A stretch of 60,075 nt of DNA, the filler included, from Sphacelaria rigidula (taxonomy: Eukaryota): the NCBI GenBank assembly GCA_964200075.2. It is 10 parts of 10 records of this genome, joined end to end, with 100 filler letters (N's around TTAATTAATTAA, not from the genome) between each part and the next. Parts side by side here need not be neighbours in the genome. Positions count along the whole stretch, not along the records: positions 18,056 to 23,973 come from CAXNAA020023501.1; positions 24,074 to 29,991 come from CAXNAA020023502.1; positions 30,092 to 36,008 come from CAXNAA020023503.1; 7 more parts are not named here. One strand, given 5' to 3'. Below the pieces are notes generated by a model, which made no database searches, was not told the origin of the DNA, and saw only the letters and a list, made by a program, of their open reading frames with translations. Positions 21,430-34,540 of the stretch are shown piece after piece. The first letter of the stretch is position 1, and each line of letters starts with the position of its first letter. The translations under genes and the position numbers were made by a program.

Positions 21430-24400
21430 GTCAGCTCACGAGAAACAACGTTGAAGAAAACATTATCGTCGCACATGAACGGGAGGGACAGGAGCTACCC
21501 GTACCTACTGAAATGACACTTTACATTTACTGATTTCTGTTACTTCAAACCTGGTGCTCAAGGTAATCCGAGCGAATCGGATTTCCTCGCCAATACGGCA
21601 GTGTACAGCATCAATGGAGTACAAGAGGCGAATAGAAGTTGAACCCCTGAACGCATAATACCAAGTCGTGATTCACCGGGCATGATACATGCAGTATGGT
21701 AGAGTTTAGGGCCTGTAGAACACCTGCCAAACATTTTATGAAGCTGCTCTACACTGGCAGAATACCTGACATTGTTGGAGGATATCATATATGTACCTAC
21801 AAGTAGGAGGAAATCGTGCCGATCTCAAAGATGCCTGACCAGATTCCGAAATACTGGCCTGGTTTGGTCCTGTTCTATTTCACTGCTAGGAATATAAATA
21901 GAAGAGGGATGACTTATGTTCTCAACAGCGGTACACGCGACCGTCCAAAGCAAATGATATCAACATTGATACAAAACCTCGAGTGTACACACGCGCAGAA
22001 AAGTATACATATCTGCCGAATCTCAATACACGCGCACATGTGCTCCCATGCATGGATGTCATCCCTTTCGTCTTATCGGGTACCATCGGAAACAAAAGTA
22101 ATGTATTGCTCTGGCTTCCGCTTCAACCACAAGTGAGTTCATATGTTGGGTAACCTGATGTTTGCTTCAGTCACTTTTCTCTTGGACTTCACGACTCGTA
22201 TCGCGTGTACATGGTGTGCATGGTAGTACATGCTCGTTGTCGCCAGGGTAAGAGTGTCATTGCAGGAAACGCCGAAAGTTGAGCGGAGCGAAACACAGTT
22301 GGGAGACACATCGAGGCTTCCAGTGAAGTGCATTGCACATCTGTTGGATGAGTACATCACGACTGTACACGATTGGTGCAAACATTCTAGATGACGCCGA
22401 CATGACCATGGTCGTCACCGTAAAGGTCCCTCCCTCCCTTTACAGTCAGTCCTTGTGGATTCCGGCAGACGCCTGAAAAGGGCGAACTTTTCGAAACGCA
22501 CCCATATCTGACCAAACGTTGGGGGAACGTCTTCTATACTACCAGAATATCACCATTCTTAGACGTACCCTCAAGCGTGATGAGAAATTATCCCGCATGT
22601 GTCGGACATACATCATACAGTGAACATGTACTATTCTACGTGCCTTGAACACATGCGTACATACATATGCCGCGCAGACAAGTGCTACATAAACGGGAGA
22701 GCTACGCTGGTTGGGCACAAACATTTTGAAGGAAACAGGTATTGTGCACATGTGTGGCACATGTGCTTTCAACTGAGGAGATTTTCTATGCTCAGTTCTG
22801 CCCAACGCGTGGGGTACTGTGGTCGTCGTGGTTCGAGGTCAACTGTAAATGTTTGGTGCAAGTTGACGAAGAAAGTGCTTAAACGAATGGAAAGAGCCGC
22901 CGTTCATTTGCTGCTACTGTGACATCTGATTCCATTCCATATTTCTGTGACATGTTGCTTGTCTTCCCAATCATCTTCGCTAAACGAATGTTCCATTACC
23001 CTTCAAGCACCCTTCAAGTGTGCACATGGAACGCCATGCACAAAGGCGGACATGGAACCTGTGAGCAGTGCGCCTGCGCACGCATGTTGATGGTCGGGTT
23101 CTCCCGTGAAAACTTAGCGAAACCAGACACGCGATCCGGCAAAACATAACCCTCCATTTCGGTCATATGCGGTCCGGGGCAGCCGTGTCTTGGAAGCCGA
23201 ACGATTCCCACTAGCAGCACGACCGGTACAGGGTGTTTCAGGGCCTTGATTGAAGGAAAGACGGGGTTACGCATACTCCAGAAACACTAGATGGTGAACA
23301 TTCGTGAGGACATTTGGGTCAAACACGATCGTTTGCAGAGACGCTTGCTCATGCCTCTCTACGTGTGCTAACCTGTGTACTATGCTGCTCTATCGCCAAC
23401 AACACGTTATGTTTCGAGTGGGCACGTTCAATTCAGTAAATTTTGAGTGTGCTCAATGAGACATCGAGATGCATTGAAACAATGAATCTGTCTGACGCGT
23501 ATGGCAAGCTCTCGCGTGACCATCTCTCAGTCGGGCTTAGGTCTCGAGTGACTGTCTGAGAACCGGACGGTAATACTGAACATCTTGAAGAACCCTCGTT
23601 GAACCGCTTCAGGAAGATGGACGCGTGGGGAAAGTACAAATGAAATGCCAGCCATATGAAAACTGCCCATCACACGTAGTACGCACTTTCATATTGTCAT
23701 GTGCCTGGCAATGGCCCATACAGTAAACAAGGTTTGACTGTGAGAACGTCAAACCCTCATGTGTGATGTGCTCCCATCACGAAGGCCATACACCACTACG
23801 ATCACATGTGCCCTGTACGTACTTCGCGTGCCAGTAAAGTACGTCATGCTTCCAAACGTTCGTGAAAATATGTCCAGTCCTACTTGGTGTCTGCCCATGA
23901 CTCCGCTCAAGTTTCACGGCTATATGGTGAAGGTGGTACCTTCCGAACACTATCGTAGTACAGTAGTCAGCGTNNNNNNNNNNNNNNNNNNNNNNNNNNN
24001 NNNNNNNNNNNNNNNNNTTAATTAATTAANNNNNNNNNNNNNNNNNNNNNNNNNNNNNNNNNNNNNNNNNNNNTACCCGATGACTCGCAGGAGGAGTCGG
24101 TAGTGCACCTTTCAAAGCAAGTCGTAGTGTTCGCGGCGTGGGGCCCATGTCATGCATCGTATAAATGGATCAAAAAGAGTCAAAATGGAGTATATATCGA
24201 CATAACTCGTAATGACAAAAGCATTTTTTCTCCCCGTTTTTTTTTCTCCATCAACTTCGTCTTCGCTTCACCTCTCTAACGAACCCAACCATAGGATGAT
24301 CGTCAACGTTGAAATACCCAAACGATTCAACGCCCATAAGTGCACAGACCCATGAGACAGAGGAAGTATGAGTATTCGAGTATTCATAAGAGACCTCTCA

Positions 24401-25586
24401 TACATCTGGAGTGTCAATCTGGGACGATCATTTCTACGTGAGCCCTACTAGCGTACACTGTAATGCGCTTCAACAGTGCACGGCAACTCAGGTGTAAGCC
24501 CTATCGACGTACACTGCACTGGGTTCTCCAATTGTACTCTGACCTAGATGTATGACCGCCAGCACACAAGCTATCCGCGGCTTGGAGTCAGCAGTAGGGT
24601 CATCGTTGGGGTTTGGGGACGGGTTTAGCTATGAGCGGAACCACGGATCTAAAAGGTAACCCGGAAAAGGAAAACTTTCCTCGGCAGGTAATGGTTCCCA
24701 GATGAACGTTCATGTTCTACTTGGATGTCCGTGTGGGACATTTCAGTGCTGAATGGACCTCTCAGATCGATATCGACATCCCGGACGGACCTCGGATTCC
24801 AGATGGATATTCGCCTGCTGAGGACGGGAATTTACAGAAGAGAACTGATTGGAGAGACATGATCTTCTTGATTAACCCCAGCGGCATATCTCAGCGGCAC
24901 AATCGTGCGGGTGCCAAGGTATCTATACAAACCATCGCATACACCGCCTAATAACAACTGCATTTGATCCTGTCAGCCACCCAGGTATCCTAGGACACAA
25001 CCCGTCCCCCGCTCCCGAACACTTCCCCCCTGACACAGGACAATACAAAAAGCAAATAGTATGGAGCTGGGTTTGAATAGGATCTCATAAGTGCCGGTAA
25101 ATTCGAATTTCGTATTTTCGAGAGAACCGGGAAGCAGATGAACGATGAACCCTTTTTTTTATTTATCTCCATCATCACAACCCTAGAAAAAACCGTATCA
25201 CAGCCATTGCAGCGTCATTGGTACAGCACACTGCGGTGTATCGCCGCCCCTTCCTTCCAATCATGAGTACAGTCCCCCTCCTTTCATCGCCACCTCCAAA
25301 GTCGCGCACGTTATTTATACCGTAACTAAGCTCAATGCTTCTTATTTCACCCATCGACGCGGTCTTCTCTTCCAGTACACTGGTCGCAGCCGCCCATGAC
25401 CGCGAACGGAATGCTACGTGTGTGCCATGCTACTACCCCCAAGGACGTACGGAACACAAGTCAACCTCCGCGGTGTATCCTCTCCATCGCGTATTGACAA
25501 AACAAAAACAGCCTGCCTTGCGCCGAGCACTACTCATTCGAGTTTCAACAACTTCACGCAAGATCGGCTACAATGGGCTTCGGGAT

Positions 25587-28041
25587 CTAATCTTTGTCGC
25601 CGCTGTCGCCGTCCAACACATTGTCCCGCTTGCCGAAGAGCGCCGCAAACTTCGAGGCCGCACTCTCGCCGACGCTTCGTGTGCTGCCCTTCTTTCCACC
25701 TGCTGCCAGTTTCAGGTTCTGAAGACGCGACATCCAATCCACGACCCATGAAGCAGCAAGTTTCAAGTTTTATTGCAGGAGTTTGGGGGGAACGGGGGTA
25801 TACACAGATGGAATCGTGAGGATCCAGCGTTGAGTAAAACATCCCGGGGGGCCACGAACCGACACCCCGAACACTAGTAGTTCGGTTCAAATCCCGATCG
25901 TGATGGAGACATTATTTCGGTCCCCAGCATTCAGAAAGGTGAACACAAGAGATTACGTGAGAGCGAAGGGTGGGACGAAACACACTCGGTAAATGCCGGG
26001 AGGCTGTGGGAGTGCTCATCTCAGGCTCGCCATTGCAGTGAAGGGAAAGTGTCGGGGGAGAGATGGGTTTGATCCCTTGAGATCACGCGCTCGTCGCGAG
26101 GAGGACGGGAACGTTGAAGGTATAGCGGAAATAAAAACAACCCGTGGACGGGCAGAATACGTCACAGCAACTTCTGGTTTGAACTACATGACCTGCGAAG
26201 CACACGCCCGCCCGCAGCAGCGAAGCGACAGCACGTAACAAGGTGCACGTGCACGCAGCACAATTGTTGGGGTGACGATTATACCCGGCATGTACGACAC
26301 GAAAACTGTTTAGTTGAGTGAAAGAAGCCAACGATGGGACGCCCGCATTTGCCCCGCATTCGCCGCCATTCTCCACGCAACAAAAACGAGGAGACGCGCG
26401 GGGCACCCTAAGAAGCAAGACGCGAACGTACACTTACGCGCACAATGGCGATCTTCTCGTTATTGGTGCTGCATCTATCCAGCGCGGCCATGTAACTGAT
26501 AGGCGTGGGATACTTGGCAACGACGGCCAGAGCGCATTCTGGTCCCACGCCGTTCACCTGATAGAACGAGAGTAACATCGAAACACACATATACTTACAC
26601 TCAGATACGATGGTTTACGCTTGAAATAAAAAGATACATGAAAACGCACCACTCCTGGAAATCCAATCTTTGAGATAAATATCCCCGGTAAAACGATGGA
26701 CTGTACGGTAGCCTCGTTCTCCGCACCGTCCTTCAACGCCAACGGTTCTTCCTCGCCCACCTATGGCCTATCAAAGAGCGCTAGTGCGTGTGATTGTGAG
26801 AGTTATTTCCTGCCGGCACAGACATTTCCCGCCACTTTCCCTCTCCTCATTCTTACCGAGTAGAGGCACTGCGCGAACTTGAGGCTGATCGATGGCTTCT
26901 CAAACTCTTCCATTGGAAGAACGGCGTTGAACTCCCTCAGGGACACCTTGGGCCGGGAGCGGTTGCGAGCGAACTCTCCGACGCTCTCGATACCTTGGCA
27001 AGCCATGAGCTGTACCGCCGGCATGGCAAGAGGTCGACCACACACACGGGAATGTGAATGGGCAACGTCAACCAAAACCCGTCTCAAGTTATTTTTCACC
27101 CACATGCATGAAGGGGGAATGGGTAGGCGGAAGACCCTGTAAAGAAAACATCCACTTCTTAGTATGAGGATCTCAACACAGACGAATGAATTGATAGGCA
27201 GGACAAGGCCAAGACAGCGCTACAACTAGCAGTAACCGAATACCGGCAGCCCAGCCCCTCGAGTCTATGCCAGAGGCGATCCCCCATTTTTTCCACACGC
27301 CCATCAATGCCGAATCTTGAGAGTCATGGTACACAGACCCTTCGAATTTAAGCCTTTGTCCCATTTGCGAGACGAGTCGTATTACTCGTTAGATTTGCGT
27401 ATCCCTTTGGGGACCCATGGACGATTTTGGTTTTTGTGAATCGGCATCATTTCGACTTGAAAATGAGCGAAAATGATGCCGATTCACAAAAACAAGAACC
27501 GTCAATGGGTTTCAAAAGGAAGGGCTAATGTCCCTTTTCCCACTAGTCCTCAATTTCCCGAATGTCTCGTGTCACTCCACCGAGACTCTCCAGCATCAGA
27601 TCTGGTTATTACTCGCAAGGTCCGACTGGCTGCAACTCAAGAGTCGTTGAAAGCGTGAACGCTTTTATTGCGGCGTGATACGAAGCGTCCCGCTTGTGGA
27701 GAAGCAACTGTGACACACCCATGTACGACAGGGGCCAGCGGAAATCGGTAGCACGACAGATGCCAATAAATACCGTACACGTGACCATTTTCGCAGTTTT
27801 GGAGAATCACGTCGCACGGCACCCCCTACACAGAGAGAGAGAGAAAATGTGTCAAGGAAAAACGATCGCGCAGCCACACTACACTCAAATGCCGCGAACA
27901 AAACAAAACGTGCTGTGGCTGTTGCTATTTTGCGCAAGGGACAAGGAGAACACACGCATTCTTCTCCCTTACCTGCCGCGACAAGGACAACAGAAAGGAC
28001 GCAGTGCCTTCCGTCTTCAAAGTGCGATGCACCATGAAGCC
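25587..28041 (-). CDS. MUS81: MUS81-like crossover junction endonuclease, last four exons (28041-27973, 27009-26857, 26557-26438, 25718-25587)
   Basis: All four are phase-0 GT-AG exons. Spliced: GFMVHRTLKTEGTASFLLSLSRQ / ...VSLREFNAV...SISLKFAQCLYS / VNGVGPECALAVVAKYPTPISYMAALDRC...IVR / NLKLAAGGKKGSTRSVGESAASKFAALF...*. This resembles the end of the ERCC4 domain plus tandem HhH of MUS81. The catalytic ERK motif was not seen, and further exons at 28120-28520 are unresolved. Confidence 0.8.
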
Positions 28042-28639
28042 CTACGGGCGGGTCAACCGAGACAAGGGGGGAGCACGCGGCAGGGATGGCGGGCGGGGGG
28101 ATCGTAGGGAGAAGGAAGGTACACCCCTCTTGGGTAAGATGACCACCACCAGGTCCTTCTCCAAGCTGATAGGTGTTCAGCTCTGTAGTACAGTAAGTAG
28201 AGTTCGTGAGCTAGTCGCGTGTGCGCAGGTGACCAAAATTGGGACGCACTTGTGGCGGCGAGTACCAAGACACGACTGATTTCGTATCGCTCCCGTCGGG
28301 CATACGGGATAGTTTCCACCTCCGTGCTACTTGTGCACACGGGATTTGAGATTCATGCCGCAACGCGAACGGCGGTTTGCACGACGGAATTTGCACGCGG
28401 TGTGAGTTCCGTGCAATCAGCCAAACGGCTTGTATCTCTCGCCTCCAGTAGTACAGCAAGATACGGTTCCTCGCTCGAGGCCCTGACTGCCGTCCTCACC
28501 CTTTTCCCGCCCAGTACTACGGTTTTATGTTTGCAGTTACCCAGAATCGGAAATGTGCTTGCACCCGAGCACACGTACCACAGCTCGCACGCGGGATGTG
28601 AATACAAAACTGTATGTTTGGGTTAACTTGTCTCCCCAA

Positions 28640-29910
28640 CTCGTGAAGTACACTAGGAAAGGAGAGAGACAGCGAACGTGAACAAATGCGTGGTAGTTGT
28701 ATGTAACGGAGATGAGAAGAACTCGGTGGAGTTCAAACGGAAATTGAGAGAAGAGGAATTGCCGATGATCGACCAGAATACATACCTCGGCGTAGAAATT
28801 AAAAAAATGGTTGGGGGGACGCACATATAGGCGAGATGCACATCAAGATGAACGTAATGATGAGAGACTCGCACCTCGACACTAGGTAAGAGATATATTC
28901 TGATGAGTGTAATTGTACTGAAGCTAGAGTATGCAGGAAATGTATGGGAAGGGAACGCGAAATTTGTAAAACAGCTAGAAATAGTGCAGATGACGGCAGC
29001 TAAGAAAATACTTGGATGCTGAAAGACGACGAGCAATACAGGGTCGAGAGCAGAGTTGGAAGTGTGCCCACTTGGAACAAATAGAAGCATGAGAAAATAG
29101 GAATGGCAACATAATGTAAAGAACACACCAGCCGCAAGATTTCCAGCCATACTTGATAGGCCTGTATGAAAGAAAGTGAAGAAAGGGCAGGCTGGAATAA
29201 GGTGTAACAGCGTAGTCGAGAAAGTATGGAAGTATAAAAGAGGAAACCAAAAAGAGATTGTATCAGTAGGTGAATGTGGCGGAGGGTACACTACCAGAGT
29301 AAGGGACATGGTAGAAATTAGAGAAACGCAACGGCTCAGACAGAAAGGGGACGAGGAAGAACACACGAAGATATACGGGGGGGTCGAGACAAGGGGGAGG
29401 GATGAAAACATATCCGCACGGCCCAACGAACTTCGCGAAGAAGCTGAAACTGCGATTTTGGGTGGGGGACCTGAACCTGCCAGAAAGAAGAGAGGGGTGT
29501 ACCAGTAGTCGAGTGGAGGAGGGAGTAGATGCACACAACTGCCCGTGTGGCAAAGCACTAGAGTGAACTCACATAGTGGGAGAATGTGAAATATACTAGG
29601 CGGAAGGGGACGTGTTAGAGGGGGGAATATGAAATGTGGGAACGAAACGAAGGTGGTATGATATCGTTTGGTACATTAGATGATTAGATAGTAGGGAGAA
29701 AACGATCGCTGTACTAGGAGACAGATGGTGGCCACAGACGGCGAAACAGGGACGGGATAAGATGTGTGAAACGTTTTTTGTTATGTACGGAAGAAGGTCA
29801 TGAGCGCCCAAATGTTGGAAGTGTCTCTATTAGGAGTAGAAACGGTGCTCCGTCTCGAGAGGGATGCGTGGCCGATGATAAAATGACTAAGGCAAGCAAT
29901 TAATGAGTTC
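28640..29910 (+). mobile_element. Decayed LINE (RT C-terminal region and 3' end)
   Basis: Frame near 28920 reads KLEYAGNVWEGNAKFVKQLEIVQMTAAKKILGC*KTTSN..RAEL, typical of the post-RT region, with stops. Purine-rich strand; 3' end shared with three other copies. Confidence 0.8.
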
Positions 29911-31549
29911 GCCCCCCCCCCCCCCACCCACCCTACCCCCCCGCCCCCCCTGTGTAGCGCTGCCCTCCGCCCGTCCCCCTCTCCATGGAAGNNNNNNNNN
30001 NNNNNNNNNNNNNNNNNNNNNNNNNNNNNNNNNNNTTAATTAATTAANNNNNNNNNNNNNNNNNNNNNNNNNNNNNNNNNNNNNNNNNNNNCTTGACGTA
30101 CACGTACAACACGTGCCTCCCGGAATGCCAGTGGGCATCGCATGAGGCAAACGCGTTATAGTGCCACCCCCAGTAGTGCAATCGTACTCGAGCCATTTTC
30201 ACTGCAAACGGAACTGCGCCTAAAGAGAGAGTCTCGGACGCGTCGGGGGGAACGCCAACGACTGCGTCGACGGCAGTAGCACTCGACGAAATAAATAGGC
30301 GGTCGGGGGCGTTGGTAGCCGAGAAAGACAGAAAAATTCAAAAACACATGTCCGACGGGATGATCCTGCATGAAGGACAAACTCCCGCCCCGGGGTAAGA
30401 AAAGTCAAGACAACTACCTCCCAACAATAAATCAACCACGGCGGCTTGCAGAGTCCTATTATTTCCGTGAGGAACCATGAAGATAGCTGGGTCACGCAAC
30501 GCCGCAGATTGCTCGGGCGTTATCGTCCGCAGGCTGTGGTCGTCTACGGAGCAAGTAACGTGGCGCCTCGACGATATCCCTACAGATTCTCGCGTAAGCA
30601 AAACCAGTTGGAGAATGCTGGCGCGTGTCCGGCCAATTCGCTGGCACGTGAGGCTTGCGTCTTTGGCAAATGGCTTCGAACACGCTCGCCGTGTCGCCTA
30701 TTTGATCACCGCTTCCGGGTAAACCACCGTCTGACAGGACGAAGTCGCGCGCTTCCGCCAGCTTCACCTGGTGAAGGTTAGTTGGCATTTGGGAGAGTTA
30801 GACGATGAAAGAGAGCTACGTAGCCAAATCAGTGCCAGGGTGGTTGAATGCAGGAAGTGCGACTTAGTGAAAAATCTACCCGGCCAGTCAGAAACGAAGG
30901 ATTCGTCCGGTCGGTCAGAATAGAACCGCAGAATTGAAGGTCATCTGCAGAAGGGGCCAGAAGGAGAACGGCCTTCGGTGCACCTTTCCTAGCTCCGTTG
31001 CCTCTTTAGGCCCAAGCACCTTTGATCCATCGACTCGTTGGGGCTCTGAGGGCGTGTCTCAGCACTTTTTGTTTCGTTCGAAAAATTGCGGTCGATTGTT
31101 TTTTGCCGATCTCATAGGCCCACCGCATTGACGCTCCTTGAAGGCTTCAACTCGAAGTGATAACTAGCAGCGCGCGGAGAAGAATGCGACGGGGTATAAA
31201 ACAATCGTTTGAGATTGATAACATGCGGTCGAAAGGCACGAAGCGGCACTTGACTCCTATCTTACAAACAGGCTTGTACTTGTGATGCTAGGAAGGTCTT
31301 TTTTTTTGCTAGTAATAGAGGTTCGAAATACGCTTTTTTTTTTTATTTCAGAGCGCAAATATCTCAGGAGCAGAGTGCAGAATAATAAAAAACAACTCAT
31401 CGAAAAGAAGTCAAGGGGATACCACATTTGACGGAGGGGGGAACTGATTTTTCTTTACTCTCTGATCCTGAGATATTTGCACTCCGAAATGACAAAAAAG
31501 TTTTTTTCCGAAAATCTCTAATATCACCAAAAATAGTGCCCGTGAAGTG

Positions 31550-31640
31550 GAATTTATGCTCGATTTATGCTCGCATGTTCAAAAACATTATGCTCGATTC
31601 ATGCTCGCAACGTAGAATTTATGCTCGATTATGCTCGTAA
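31550..31640. repeat. Cluster of six (T/C)ATGCTCG motifs in three pairs
   Basis: TTTATGCTCGATTTATGCTCG, ATTATGCTCGATTCATGCTCG, TTTATGCTCGATTATGCTCG. Confidence 0.65.
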
Positions 31641-31707
31641 TATCCAACAAGGATGGCATTCTCGACCGGATATAGACCCACCGATCACTATATTCATGTT
31701 ATATTTA

Positions 31708-32405
31708 CAGTGAGGGGCTCTCAGTATTGCCGGTATGTGCCCACCACGGACACCGGCACTACTCCAAAAGTTGCCAAAATAGGTGCAATTGAGGGCTCTG
31801 AATACCTCAGTAGTGCCGTCTCTGGCACTACTGATGACCGTCCGTTCGTACAGTGCTACGGTTGCCCTTTGTGGGACCAACGGGAGCACAAAACGGAAGA
31901 GGACCTTTGTTTCAAGGGGTTTCGATAGGATACGTCACGTAAGGTTCCGCGGTGGTAGTAGAACTAAACCCGATGTTTTTTTTTGTTTTTCACATTCAAC
32001 TTGATTGATCCTGTTCACAGGTTGATCATTTCCTTCCCTCCTAGCACAACAGGAGCAGTACGGCCACAAAAGTTGCCCATGCCGAAAGACCTTCCCGACA
32101 AGTAAAACAAGGACACATCTGCACCCAACGCAACTATGAAGGTGCGGCATTTGGTGTGGAAAAAAACTCACGAAAGAGTACACCGCCCACCAAAAGGAGT
32201 GAGCGAAAAAGAGTGAAGCACACCCCTTTTCACTTCCTACCGGCACTGTTGAGGGTATAAAACCGTTCAAACCGGCACTACTGCGGGTCATATGTCAGTA
32301 GTGCCGGGCAGCACTACTGCGAGCTCTGGCTGTGCCCGGAGATTTTACCGGCATTATATAGGTCGTTGGCACTATTCAACCGGCACTACTGGGAGCCCCC
32401 CATTG
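31708..32405. mobile_element. Tc1/mariner-type MITE with TA TSD
   Basis: TA|CAGTGAGGGGCTCTCAGTATTGCCGG ... CCGGCACTACTGGGAGCCCCCCATTG|TA; GGCACTACT motif repeated near both ends. Confidence 0.8.
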
Positions 32406-33244
32406 TATCATCTGTAATTTACATTTTTTTACATTCTTTTGCAGCTTTTCACCTCGTGCGTCGTGCAGTACATGCCAAAGGTACCTGCTTCCCACCTTCC
32501 GTGAATACCGGGGTAAACAATGGGCACATCGTCATCCCCTGCACTGCAAATTTGAATGAACCGATTGTACATGCTACGCACTTCTTACCATCATGAGCGG
32601 GGAACGTCATGTACAACTTGCTTGACCGAGTCGTTCGAGGTGAGCGCCCATATATTTTCCCCACCTTCGGGTTGATGCGGGACCAACAATGTATACAGGT
32701 TGGATCTTGTAATTCAATGGGCTCTGAATCACGCGATTTTTTCTCCCAGCTGTAATGCGCGCAAGATGCCTGCGCTGCATAAATGTGTTATCCACCCTCG
32801 ACTCAGCGGTACCAAGAATTTATGCAGGTTAAATGTTGTCATCTCATGAGGAGTCAACTCGTATAAACTCTGAATCGTCCTAACCGTGGTCATTTGTGTA
32901 CGCGTCATTTATTTGAAAAGACGGCTTATCAGATCGGAATTTTCCTTTTCCCCCGCACCTTTCGATCGAAAAAGTGCGGCGGAAAACAAAACTTCCGACC
33001 TGATAGTTCGTGATGTCAACAAAAAATGACTATACAGGGTGGTTCACGCAAAATACCCGATTTCTGTCATCAGCAAATAACAGCGGATCCTGAAAATGGG
33101 GTCCATCTCAAAGATGAGGTTCAAGTGGCATATCTTTCTTGCAGCAACGACGCGAAGCAGCAACACAGAGCGAAACCATCTTCCCCCCCCCAAACCCCGC
33201 AACTGTAAATCATCAGTTGTGGCTAAATGTACCGAACGACTGCG

Positions 33245-33825
33245 GTGTACACGCGTGTCGATGACGATATCACCGGAGAAAGAAGCAACGACAAAGAGGA
33301 AGCTCCTCGCCCGTGTCCTTTGTGTGCCCTCACTGGGCGATTAACAGTCGCTCGAGAGACTGGCATCCCGCATGTTACCAGCACGTGTCGAATTCCGCAT
33401 GTGCCTGTAGGTATCCCCAAAGAACATCGAGCTGCGGAGAGATTTCGTCTCCTTGTCCCTGGAGGTCACCAATGCGAAGATCGATTTCTCTCTGCCTCTC
33501 TTTTTGGACAGTACGCGCTCCTGTGCGCTGAAAAACAGGGCAATGTTCCCGTCACCGCTACTACTGTTCTCTGTCACACACATGCCAGAAAGGACGGTGC
33601 GCTGGGGAAAAAATAATAGGTGATCCAGTTTGAACTTGGGGGGTGTTATTCATCGTTGATGTTACCCTGACATATCTGACCATCATGGCGCCCGAGCACA
33701 AGAGCCTGCCACAGCCAGTTGGTTTGTGTGTATGAGAGAGATCAAAAACTTGTGGATACCTTCTTGACATGCGGAGTGAAAAAAGATACGTATAGTGGTG
33801 ATCTAACTGTTGCTAGCGTGGTGCA
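33245..33825 (+). repeat. Dispersed repeat homologous to 3300-3880
   Basis: See partner. Confidence 0.75.
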
Positions 33826-34409
33826 GAGGGGTGCGTCAGCTGCAATCCGGAGCTGTCGTTGCTCTACTCTACTGACTTCCGTCTGCACAGCGTATGCCGA
33901 GATGTCACACACGGTATCACCGTGTTATTATGTACCCAAATTCGCAAAAGCTACTGCATGAAAACAAAACAGTTTGGTTTTGGAAACTACGTCCAGATAA
34001 TCAAAATGGCTCCTCTTATCCGAGACGACGATCAATCAAATCCATCAACCCAACCACAGCACAGGCACACACATATCGACATCTTTAAGCAACCATGAGT
34101 GCTAGTGGAATACGTCAACGAAACCTGCACGCGACGGTGTGCCACTCTTCTCATTTAATGAATCATGTAACCTCTTGAAAGGGACTCAAGATAGCGTGTA
34201 GAGCCCGAGTACGCGTTTCTTGGGGTTGTGCAATTTTTTCGGGTGTCGCCGTTCGACGTACTCTGGGGAAGTCAGTTGTTCACTGCCGTTTCTCCAGACA
34301 TATCGGAAATCAGTGATAGCGTGATAGCCCCCCCCCACAACACCCCTCCCTTCACCCCCCCCCCCCCCCCCCAAAAATAGCCGATCGGCGCATACTAGTT
34401 GATTTCAAA

Positions 34410-34540
34410 CTGTATGAAGCGCCTACTATGGGCAACATTGGCGAAAATGATCCTGAGCGTGGGAAGTCTGAGCTGCTCCGTATGCTGGGCTTTCGTCGTT
34501 TTGATTCACGTGTACATTTTGCCTTCTCAAACCAGCCACG
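34410..34540 (-). pseudogene. Decayed coding fragment of unknown family (homologue at 50286-50415)
   Basis: WLV*EGKMYT*IKTTKAQHTEQLRLPTLRIIFANVAHSRRF versus LVWGGKIYTLIEVTSAEHNEQLGMPTVRVVFTNVAHMRRS. Confidence 0.5.

Noticed and set aside
21560..23970. Coding-like decayed sequence (similarly 5000-5900 and 36760-38750)
   Set aside because: Fragmented frames with no motif I can recognise; needs a translated search.
28653..29558. 301-aa minus-strand ORF
   Set aside because: Antisense of a purine-rich LINE relic; the recognisable motifs are on the plus strand.
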